A DNA stretch of 52,506 bases, taken from positions 1 through 52,506 of IMG/VR virus record IMGVR_UViG_3300037870_000068; one strand, 5' to 3'. The notes beneath the pieces were generated by a model. The model saw only the letters and a program-made list of their open reading frames with translations. It ran no database searches and was not told the DNA's origin. Below, piece after piece: positions 36,644 to 44,697 of the stretch. Numbering within the stretch: position 1 is the stretch's first letter; every line of letters starts with the position of its first letter. The position numbers and the translations under genes are program-made. The stretch is from a virus. Lineage: Duplodnaviria > Caudoviricetes.

Positions 36644-38635
36644 ATGGCTTTTCAAGTTAGCCCCGGCGTATTGGTTCAAGAGAAAGATTTAACAACTATA
36701 ATTCCTAACGTATCAACATCAATTGGTGGTATCGTAATAGCGGCAAATAAAGGTCCAGCTGACGATATCGTTGAAGTTTCCTCAGAGAAACAATTGGTAG
36801 ATTACTTTGGAAAACCTAGTGACTTTAATGCTTCTTCTTGGTATACTGCCGCAAACTTTTTAAAATATTCTGGTGCGCTGAAAGTAGTTCGTGCAATTGA
36901 CGAAACTGCAGCACTCAATGCATCTGGTGATACTGGTGTATTGATTAAGAATGATGACATCTGGGAAAATGCTACACCAACAGCTGTTGGCGAATTTGCA
37001 GCAAAAACTCCTGGCACATGGGGAAATAGTCTTAAAGTAGACGTATGCCCATCTGCTGGGGCATTTGATGGAACTGCGGCAACAGGATCTATTTCTGGTC
37101 AAATCCAATCTGTAGCAATTTCTGCTGGTGGGTCTGGATACGACAATGGTACTCATATCTTACCAATTACAGGCGGTACAGATGGTTCTGTCAGTGTTAT
37201 TGTAGCAGGAAATGTAGTTACTTCTGTCACATTACTTGCTGGTGGATCGGATTACACTGTTAACTCAGTTGATCCATTCACTACTCCATTAACCATTGAT
37301 ATTCCTCCTGCATTGACAGGAACACCTGGAACTGGGTTTGTTGGAACTATGATAGTTCAAGATGTTGACGCGGTTCCTCAAGTTGGTGCTTGGGTACATG
37401 CTCACTTATTTGATGCTGCTCCAGGCACTACAGACTATGCTTCTGATCTTGGTGGTGCAAATGATGAAATATATATCGTTGTATCTGATGAAGATGGTGG
37501 TATTACTGGCGTTGCTGGAACTGTACTAGAAACTTTCGTTTGTTCTAAATCATCTGATGTTAGATCGGTGACAGGCGAAGGAATGTTCTATAAAGATGTA
37601 CTATTCCGTTCATCACAATATATCTATTTCATGGACTTTCCTACAATATCACCAGCATTTGGTGGAGCAGTTAAGAATGTTACATATAATACAGATCATA
37701 TTGCTTACTCTTCATCTTTACTCGGTGGTGCAGATGGTGCATTTCCAAACTTCTATAATGGTTTACAACTTTTTGCTGATGCTGATACCGTTGATGTTAA
37801 TCTAATTATGGCTGGACCTGGAGATATAGAAGATACTACTGCGACACAAGTACATGCACAAAATGTTATTAATTTGTGTAACTCTCGTAAGGATTGTCTC
37901 GGCTTTATTTCACCAAGATTTGAAGATGTTGTTGGTGTTGCTAATTCTGACACACAAACTACAAACGTTAAAACGTACTTTGATGTATTGAGTTCTACTT
38001 CTTATGTTGTATTTGATTCTGGTTGGAAATACCAGTATGATACATATAATGATGTATATCGATGGGTTCCATTAAACGGAGATCTTGCTGGTACTTGTGC
38101 TAATACAGACGATGTTGCAGATCCGTGGTTCTCGCCAGCTGGAATGAGTCGTGGTAATATCAAGTCTGTTGTTAAACTTGCTTTCAATCCTAAGAAAAAT
38201 GAAAGAGATACTTTATACAAAGCACGTATCAATCCAGTAGTAACATTTCCGGGAATGGGAACATTATTATGGGGTGATAAAACTGCTCAGGCTAAAGCAT
38301 CTGCATTTGATCGTATCAATGTTCGTAGACTCTTCATGGTACTTGAGAAAGCTATCTCAACTGCTTCGAGAGCTCAATTATTCGAACTCAATGATGACGT
38401 TACACGTTCAAATTTTGTTGCGATGACGGAACCTTTCCTACGAGATGTTCAAGGTCGTAGAGGTATTACTGATTTCAAAGTGGTTTGTGACACATCCAAT
38501 AATACTGGTGATGTTATTGATCGTAATGAATTCCGTGCTGATATCTATATCAAACCAGCTCGTTCTATTAACTTTATCACTTTAACGTTTGTGGCTACCA
38601 GAACTGGTGTGTCATTCTCAGAAGTAGGAGCGTAG
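36644..38635 (+). CDS. gp18: Contractile tail sheath protein
   Basis: MAFQVSPGVLVQEKDLT, FDSGWKYQYD.YND.YRWVPLNGD.AG, PWFSPAG..RG, SAFDRINVRRLF, IKPARSINFI.L.FVATRTGVSF.E. Confidence 0.97.
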   Translation: MAFQVSPGVLVQEKDLTTIIPNVSTSIGGIVIAANKGPADDIVEVSSEKQLVDYFGKPSDFNASSWYTAANFLKYSGALKVVRAIDETAALNASGDTGVLIKNDDIWENATPTAVGEFAAKTPGTWGNSLKVDVCPSAGAFDGTAATGSISGQIQSVAISAGGSGYDNGTHILPITGGTDGSVSVIVAGNVVTSVTLLAGGSDYTVNSVDPFTTPLTIDIPPALTGTPGTGFVGTMIVQDVDAVPQVGAWVHAHLFDAAPGTTDYASDLGGANDEIYIVVSDEDGGITGVAGTVLETFVCSKSSDVRSVTGEGMFYKDVLFRSSQYIYFMDFPTISPAFGGAVKNVTYNTDHIAYSSSLLGGADGAFPNFYNGLQLFADADTVDVNLIMAGPGDIEDTTATQVHAQNVINLCNSRKDCLGFISPRFEDVVGVANSDTQTTNVKTYFDVLSSTSYVVFDSGWKYQYDTYNDVYRWVPLNGDLAGTCANTDDVADPWFSPAGMSRGNIKSVVKLAFNPKKNERDTLYKARINPVVTFPGMGTLLWGDKTAQAKASAFDRINVRRLFMVLEKAISTASRAQLFELNDDVTRSNFVAMTEPFLRDVQGRRGITDFKVVCDTSNNTGDVIDRNEFRADIYIKPARSINFITLTFVATRTGVSFSEVGA

Positions 38636-38639
38636 AATC

Positions 38640-39179
38640 ATGGCTAATATAGAATTTTTTAAATCGAACTTAACTGGTGGTGGCGCAAGAGCTAATCAGT
38701 TTGAAGTTGTTATGAACTTTCCTGCCATTGCAATGGCTGGTTCTGCTTCGAGAAAATTTACATATCTTTGTAAAGCTACCTCGCTTCCAGGCACAACTAT
38801 TGCAGAAGTTCCAGTTCCATATCGCGGTCGTATATTAAAAATCGCGGGTGAAAGGACTTATGACGATTGGGAAACTACAGTATTTAATGATACTGATTTT
38901 GATATTCGTAACGCCCTTGAAAGATGGATGGATGGAATGGATAGAACACTTCTCGAAGCGACTAATGTAACCAATCCATTATTATATCAATCTTCTGCGG
39001 AAGTTCATCAACTTGATCGTAATGGAACAAGACTGAAAAGTTATAATTTCTTTGGGTTATGGCCGTCTGTGATATCTCCAATTGAACTGGGTTATGACAC
39101 AAATGATGTAGTAGAAGAATTTACTGTAACATGGAAATATAACTATTTCACATCAATGAATCCTATAACAACAATATAA
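38640..39179 (+). CDS. gp19: Tail tube protein
   Basis: GGGARAN.FEV, CKA.SLP, VPYRGR.LKIAGERT...W..TV.ND.DF.IR.A.E.W, V.QLDR.G, EEFTVT. Confidence 0.97.
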   Translation: MANIEFFKSNLTGGGARANQFEVVMNFPAIAMAGSASRKFTYLCKATSLPGTTIAEVPVPYRGRILKIAGERTYDDWETTVFNDTDFDIRNALERWMDGMDRTLLEATNVTNPLLYQSSAEVHQLDRNGTRLKSYNFFGLWPSVISPIELGYDTNDVVEEFTVTWKYNYFTSMNPITTI

Positions 39180-39207
39180 TAACAATTATTTTGTAGGATT
39201 TAATACT

Positions 39208-39233
39208 GGGGGTGTTAATTCACCCCCTTTTTT
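39208..39233 (+). terminator. Rho-independent terminator
   Basis: GGGGTG-TTAATT-CACCCC followed by a T run, after gp19 and between convergent genes. Confidence 0.8.
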
Positions 39234-40632
39234 ATTTGTTTGAAGAACTCACATCTATTATTTTTGGCGTTGAATCTGGATAATTAAATTCCTTATATTC
39301 TTTTTGTGAATTTGGAACAGAATCTCTTATTATCATTAATTCACAATAATATTTTTCTGATACTTGATGTGCAATAGATTCTATTAACCATTTCCCCGAA
39401 ACTGTTTTATCCTCTTCTATACTGTCTCCACTTAATCCCGAAGAAGCCTTGGGTTTAGGTACAAACATAGAAATAACATCCCCAGCCTGAAGACCAGACA
39501 TTCCCGGAATTGTTAATTTCGCTCGTTGTAAATTCATCGAATTCATTTCAGATTTACGCTGAAGAATGGTATTCTCATAATCGAGTTTTTCAAACTCTGG
39601 TTTATTATAATATGTTTGATATTGATGTTCCTCAGACCCAGATACCATATTAACATATGACTCAGGGAAATCTGATAAATTTTTCTTATCCTCTGTTACT
39701 GGTCCATCTGGTGAGATTGGATTGGTACCTATTTTTATGAATTTTGTATCCGTGCCAAATTTGAATATCTCATGAAAAGAGAAATCAACTTTCCTCCAAT
39801 TTTTTGATCTAAGATTATGTTTAATTAATGAAGAACCGTATGTACCTATTGCAGTATGTCTAAGGATGTCTCCATTGGATTTAATTTCAAATCCTATAGC
39901 TCTTGTAAATTTTTCTGAGATGGGTATATCTCGAGATACCTGTTCTTTTTCAACACGAAAGGTTAACCCCTCTGGTTTAATCGAATCATTCCAGATCATC
40001 TCTGAAATGGATCTAAAATGAAATGATTTAGTGGTTTGAAAGAATAAGAAGTTTGCATTAGCCGCAGTTTTTGCTAACGAAAATTGTGCTATCATATTAA
40101 TAGCATCTACCGGGGATTTATTCGGAATAATTGTTCTGTTATTATTGTCGGTTTCTTCTAACCATAGAGGATTACCCGAACTCAAATAGTCAGTGTATAT
40201 ATCCTTAACCATATCAGAATACTTACCATCAAAAGATCTAGAAATTTTAGTCCTAGCATCAGTTAACATTTCTGGGGCAACTAGAGATAATGTGTATCTC
40301 GAGGTGTTTTCGTTAATTTTTTCTTGATCTTTGATCTTTGTAACTATGAACGAAGACTTTATTCTGAATGTAGAACCCTTTGTTCCAAATTCAATATATA
40401 CAGGTTCGGTACCCGTGATATTTGATGTATTAGCAAACCCCACTCTATCCAATAATGTTATATTGCCTGTAACGAATGTTTTGAATATAGATTCATATAG
40501 GTTAAATGATTCAACCATAGATTTGATATCAACATATCCAACCTTAGTTGTTATGATAACTTTAAAAAGATCAAACTGACCGGGTTCTTCTAAATCACTA
40601 TTCCCAGATAAATCGTCATATAGAGTCATCAT
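39232..40632 (-). CDS. Baseplate hub protein (gp27-like)
   Basis: LYESIF...TG.I...D, G.EP..I.F, ISRSF.G..SD.V..I, IIPN..P..AI, F.FFQT...FHFRS, PG...L.AGD, SGKWLI..I.H; follows gp48-gp53. Confidence 0.7.
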   Translation of the reverse strand: MMTLYDDLSGNSDLEEPGQFDLFKVIITTKVGYVDIKSMVESFNLYESIFKTFVTGNITLLDRVGFANTSNITGTEPVYIEFGTKGSTFRIKSSFIVTKIKDQEKINENTSRYTLSLVAPEMLTDARTKISRSFDGKYSDMVKDIYTDYLSSGNPLWLEETDNNNRTIIPNKSPVDAINMIAQFSLAKTAANANFLFFQTTKSFHFRSISEMIWNDSIKPEGLTFRVEKEQVSRDIPISEKFTRAIGFEIKSNGDILRHTAIGTYGSSLIKHNLRSKNWRKVDFSFHEIFKFGTDTKFIKIGTNPISPDGPVTEDKKNLSDFPESYVNMVSGSEEHQYQTYYNKPEFEKLDYENTILQRKSEMNSMNLQRAKLTIPGMSGLQAGDVISMFVPKPKASSGLSGDSIEEDKTVSGKWLIESIAHQVSEKYYCELMIIRDSVPNSQKEYKEFNYPDSTPKIIDVSSSNK

Positions 40633-41087
40633 AACAATGCTTTAAACTCTTCCACAAAAGATTCAAGATACTCAGGTTTTAATAATTTTATTCTACTTTT
40701 TTCATTATTAATACGTTCTTCATAAGTATAATTAGTAACAGGGTATTCGGTTGTAATACTAACTACATCTCCGTCAGAATCTTCATAATGATGCGTACTA
40801 TCTGGTTCCGTATATTTCTCTTGTACATATTTGTTAAATTCTCGTACATTCATTGGCCAATCATTTGAAACGTTGACTATGTTATTAATTAATAATATTA
40901 CCCAATGCAATTCAGTAGATCCGTACTTATTATAAGCTAGAATTTCCGGTGACTCCGAATCTTTTATATCATATAATTCAAGCATTACACCATTATCTAA
41001 TTTGGGTTTAATCAGTGCCAATCTGTGAAATATATCAATAACCTTATCATTACCATATTTTATAGTTGGATGTGAACTAAAATACAT
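40629..41087 (-). CDS. gp53: Baseplate wedge subunit (LysM-like)
   Basis: MYFS.HP.I.Y, YDIKD.E.PE.LA...YG...HWVILL.N.I....DWP, NY.YE...N..K..IKLL. Confidence 0.92.
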   Translation of the reverse strand: MYFSSHPTIKYGNDKVIDIFHRLALIKPKLDNGVMLELYDIKDSESPEILAYNKYGSTELHWVILLINNIVNVSNDWPMNVREFNKYVQEKYTEPDSTHHYEDSDGDVVSITTEYPVTNYTYEERINNEKSRIKLLKPEYLESFVEEFKALL

Positions 41088-41089
41088 AA

Positions 41090-42025
41090 TTAAAATCCCT
41101 CTTCTATTGTTTCTTGGGTAGTCTTGGATATTTCTTCAAATGATAGAGTAATTTCAAATGATACTGGAGAATTATCTCCGTGGAATGTATTACCTGTATC
41201 ATCCCCATACTTTACATTAACAGATTTACAATAACAAAGATCGTACTTTGGGTAATTTAGATTGATTTCAGTCCCCGCCATCTGACTGACTTTGAATAAT
41301 GATGGGAATTTATATGATGTGAAGAATGGTTCTGATACTCCCCCAATCTTAGAGTTAGATTCGCTTGGAGAAGAATATTTACGAAATAACTTTAAAATCT
41401 CTCTGGCTGTGTTGGATTCCTTTTTGCTACGAGGAACAAACTTATGATTCATAGAAAAAGTTCTAGATCCATCTGGGCCATCATATTTAAGTGCCATTTT
41501 ATCTGTTATTGTTTCACCAGTTAATCCACCACTTGATATTTGCTTTGCCATGACATCTTTGACTCCACCTGTAATTGAATCTGCATCAAAACCATGTAAA
41601 CCTTCTGCATCAAAATTTAATGATGCGGCTTTCAGCTGTTCCGTCAATTGATCTATGATACCACCAGCTGCTTCCTGTTTCCAAGATTGATTTTCTGTAA
41701 TTTCTACCTGTGCATTTGACCCCAATGCTATCGATTTACTACTCGATTTAGCCACATTAACCCCAAAATGGGAAGTGCCTGACTGAGACTCCCCACCACT
41801 CTTGCCCATCGGGATAAAATCCCATATTTCGTACCGAACCCATGTGGGGTAAGCAGTTGTCACGTTATCAGGAAATCTAAGAAGTTCAACTTGTCCGACA
41901 GAACCTAGACGACCTGCAGTATTTTCTTTGATAACAGCATTCTTTAGTACCTTGTTACCTCGGTTTACTTCGGTTACAATTCCAGACTCGGTAGTGGAAT
42001 TGGTTACCCTAGTGTTTAAGTCCAT
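41090..42025 (-). CDS. gp48: Baseplate tail-tube cap
   Basis: LRFP, Y.GP..R.FS..HKF.PRS..E.....I...FR, FP..F, C....V.V.Y, P....ITLSF.E. Confidence 0.8.
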   Translation of the reverse strand: MDLNTRVTNSTTESGIVTEVNRGNKVLKNAVIKENTAGRLGSVGQVELLRFPDNVTTAYPTWVRYEIWDFIPMGKSGGESQSGTSHFGVNVAKSSSKSIALGSNAQVEITENQSWKQEAAGGIIDQLTEQLKAASLNFDAEGLHGFDADSITGGVKDVMAKQISSGGLTGETITDKMALKYDGPDGSRTFSMNHKFVPRSKKESNTAREILKLFRKYSSPSESNSKIGGVSEPFFTSYKFPSLFKVSQMAGTEINLNYPKYDLCYCKSVNVKYGDDTGNTFHGDNSPVSFEITLSFEEISKTTQETIEEGF

Positions 42026-42050
42026 ATTACTTTCCTATATTAGTTACTAG

Positions 42051-42064
42051 TATTTATATAAATA
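42051..42064. promoter_or_regulatory. Back-to-back overlapping late promoters (palindrome TATTTATATAAATA)
   Basis: Perfect 14-bp palindrome giving TATAAATA on each strand, between divergent gp48 and gp4. Confidence 0.8.
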
Positions 42065-42069
42065 TTTCA

Positions 42070-42510
42070 ATGAGTAAATATTATCAGGGTCGATATCGAC
42101 TTATTAATGCATCAAAATATAAAGGGGCTCGCGGTAATATTCAATACAGAAGTTCTTGGGAACTCAAGATGATGAGATACCTTGATACCACAGATGCGGT
42201 GCTTGAATGGAATTCGGAAGAAATTGTTATACCTTATCTCTCTCCAATTGATAATAGGTTTCATAGATATTTCACAGATTTTTATGCGAAGATAAAAGAT
42301 TCCGCTGGTAATATAATAAAATATATTATTGAGGTGAAACCGAGAGCTCAGCGAAAGCGACCAAGAAAATCAAATAATAAAATTAAATACATCAAGGAAG
42401 TTAAAACCTATGTAGTGAACCAAGCTAAATGGGAAGCAGCAGAACTCTGGTGTAAAAAATATGGATATACATTTCGAGTCCTCGATGAAATTGATCTTGG
42501 TATAAAGTGA
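42070..42510 (+). CDS. gp4: Head completion nuclease (TnsA-like fold)
   Basis: KYKG....I.YRSSWE...M..LD....V..W.SEE..IPY.SP.D...HRYF.DF, IEVKP, VNQAKWEAA. Confidence 0.95.
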   Translation: MSKYYQGRYRLINASKYKGARGNIQYRSSWELKMMRYLDTTDAVLEWNSEEIVIPYLSPIDNRFHRYFTDFYAKIKDSAGNIIKYIIEVKPRAQRKRPRKSNNKIKYIKEVKTYVVNQAKWEAAELWCKKYGYTFRVLDEIDLGIK

Positions 42511-42518
42511 TATAAATA
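42511..42518 (+). promoter_or_regulatory. T4-type late promoter TATAAATA
   Basis: Exact motif 5 nt before the gp2 ATG. Confidence 0.75.
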
Positions 42519-42523
42519 GTAGT

Positions 42524-43108
42524 ATGGAATCATTATTCGACAGACTACAAGCAAAGGCTTATAAAAAGCAAATACCAGCACAGACTAAACAATCGCGAGA
42601 TTGGTTTAGGTCTGAGATACAAGGTATGAGGGTTAAATCTGATGATGTTTTAAATGATAAAAATCTTGAAAGAAGAACTCGACCAGCTCCCGGAAGAATG
42701 TATACATATTTTTATGATCCTAAACATAAAGCAACTCTTCCGTATTATGATAGATTTCCCCTGATCATAATGGTCGGAAAAGCTCACAAAGGATTTTATG
42801 GTATGAATCTTCATTATCTCCCTATACCCCTGAGAGCTAAGTTTCTCGATCAATTAATGACGATAACAAATAATAAGAAATTTGACGAATCATCTAGGTT
42901 TCGAGCATCTTATAATTTTTTAAAAGGATCCGCTAAAATGGGATTATTCAAACCGTGTTTTAAACACTATCTGATACATAAAGTTGAATCAGAAATAAAA
43001 TTCCTCTCGGCAGATCTTTGGGAAATAGCGACATTTCTCCCGACTGCTAGGTTTAAAGGTGCTACAGCATCTAAAGTTCATTCAGATTCAAGGAAAATGA
43101 TAGGTTAG
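42524..43108 (+). CDS. gp2: DNA end protector protein
   Basis: S.DWFR, G.MY.YFYDPK.K.TLPYYDRFPL, GF.G.NLHYLP...RA.FLD.L, PC.K.YL, W.IA.FLP. Confidence 0.95.
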   Translation: MESLFDRLQAKAYKKQIPAQTKQSRDWFRSEIQGMRVKSDDVLNDKNLERRTRPAPGRMYTYFYDPKHKATLPYYDRFPLIIMVGKAHKGFYGMNLHYLPIPLRAKFLDQLMTITNNKKFDESSRFRASYNFLKGSAKMGLFKPCFKHYLIHKVESEIKFLSADLWEIATFLPTARFKGATASKVHSDSRKMIG

Positions 43109-43110
43109 AT

Positions 43111-43812
43111 ATGTCAATATTAACTCAAGGTTATTCAATCGGTTCTCAGGTTTATGGTGGAATTGAAACACTAGGTAATTTATACGATCAATTTTTCGGG
43201 CAAAAGGAAGAGCTAGGAAGACGGGGTAAACTTGATGAATTTGTCTCCAACACTCATGTCTGGGGTTTCGCTCGCTCATCCCATTTCAGATTTAGAATAT
43301 TACCATCTGGCACATCATCCAGTGGATCTGCGAATTTTAATTCGAAATTCACACCAAGAGATCTGGACATCGTTAATATGCTTTGTGATTCTACGACTCT
43401 ACCAGATGTGGCAAGTATCCCTTTAACATCATCTGTTGGAACGGATTTCCCATATGATATCGTTAAGGATTTGGCTTATGCCTCACAATCTGCATCTTTT
43501 TATGTTTCAGAAGATATGTTTCAGAAGAAGTTTTTCGATGATTGGATGGAAATAACCTATAATAAAACCGCAGGACAACCATACTATTACAATGATTATT
43601 CTACTACAATAGAAATCTATCAATTGAAACACACATTGGATGATTCTGTGTTAACGGGGGATAACGATTGGACATACAAAGTAAAACTTTATAATGCTTA
43701 TCCTAAAGCAGTTGCACCTCTGACAATGGATTGGAGTTCCGATAATGCACTCCAAAAACTGTCGGTAACATTTCATTATACACATTGGGATTCGGAAATA
43801 AATTCTAAATAA
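43111..43812 (+). CDS. Baseplate tail-tube initiator (gp54 / gp19-fold)
   Basis: G.AR...F, C.S..LP, FY..ED...K.FFD.W, YY.DY...I.IYQL, Y.V.L..AYP..V, KL.VTF.Y..W. Confidence 0.75.
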   Translation: MSILTQGYSIGSQVYGGIETLGNLYDQFFGQKEELGRRGKLDEFVSNTHVWGFARSSHFRFRILPSGTSSSGSANFNSKFTPRDLDIVNMLCDSTTLPDVASIPLTSSVGTDFPYDIVKDLAYASQSASFYVSEDMFQKKFFDDWMEITYNKTAGQPYYYNDYSTTIEIYQLKHTLDDSVLTGDNDWTYKVKLYNAYPKAVAPLTMDWSSDNALQKLSVTFHYTHWDSEINSK

Positions 43813-43828
43813 TCTGTGAGGAAAAATT

Positions 43829-44509
43829 ATGGCTTTACCAGTATTACAAGTACCAACATATGAATTGACTTTACCATCAAACTCGAAAAAAATTAAATTT
43901 CGTTCATTTCTAGTTAAGGAAGAAAAACTATTAATGATAGCTAACGAAACGGGAGAAGAAAAGGAACGAATATTAGCGGTATCTCAAATTATAGAAAATT
44001 GTACATTCAATAAACTTGATGCCAAGGTGATGCCGGCATTTGATGTTGAGTATTTATTTTTAAAATTAAGATCTAAGAGTATAGGCGAATCTGTTGACAT
44101 AAAGATACTTTGCCCAGACGATAAAGAAACTTATGCGGAAGTGACAGTTAATCTAGATGATATTACCTGTAAAAAACCAAAGAAGAATTCTAATATTATA
44201 AAACTTGATGAATCCGTTGGGATTATTTTAAAATATCCCGGCATTAATACAAAAACTGAAGGTTCTACGGTTGATGTTGTTGGTGATTTAATTGAATCCA
44301 TCTATGATGGTGATACGGTTTTTGATGCTGTGGATTTTTCAAAAGATGAAATTTCCAAATTCGTTGAATCGATGTCACAAAAACAGCTTCAACTTATTGT
44401 TAGTTTTTTTGAAAATATTCCAAAAATAGGAATTTCTGTAGATGTGATAAATCCTAAGACAAAGATTAAATCAACAGTTAAACTTGAAGGGCTTGATTCT
44501 TTTTTCTAA
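43829..44509 (+). CDS. gp26: Baseplate hub assembly protein
   Basis: MALP....PTYEL.LPS....IKFR.FLVKEEK.L, FDVEYLFL.LR.KS.GE, CPDD, ends LEGL.SFF. Confidence 0.92.
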   Translation: MALPVLQVPTYELTLPSNSKKIKFRSFLVKEEKLLMIANETGEEKERILAVSQIIENCTFNKLDAKVMPAFDVEYLFLKLRSKSIGESVDIKILCPDDKETYAEVTVNLDDITCKKPKKNSNIIKLDESVGIILKYPGINTKTEGSTVDVVGDLIESIYDGDTVFDAVDFSKDEISKFVESMSQKQLQLIVSFFENIPKIGISVDVINPKTKIKSTVKLEGLDSFF

Positions 44510-44688
44510 TGGCTCTTTCCCACTCGAATTTAGGTTCATATCTTAAAACTAATTTTGCCATGATGCAACATCACAATTATAGTTTATCTGACATTGAAAA
44601 TATGATACCTTGGGAAAGAGATATATACGTTGCTATGTTAGTTAATTATATTAATACCGAAAACGAAAAACGTCAGACTCAAAAATAG
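44509..44688 (+). CDS. gp51: Baseplate hub assembly catalyst (not in ORF track)
   Basis: MALSHSNLGSYLKTNFAMMQHHNYSLSDIENMIPWERDIYVAMLVNYINTENEKRQTQK; NF..MQHH.YSL...ENM.PWER.IY signature. Confidence 0.9.
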   Translation: MALSHSNLGSYLKTNFAMMQHHNYSLSDIENMIPWERDIYVAMLVNYINTENEKRQTQK

Positions 44689-44697
44689 GATATTCGC

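Noticed and set aside
42070-42510. Tn7-like transposon (TnsA)
   Set aside because: This is the core T4-like head completion protein gp4 in normal context next to gp2; no tnsB/C or transposon ends.
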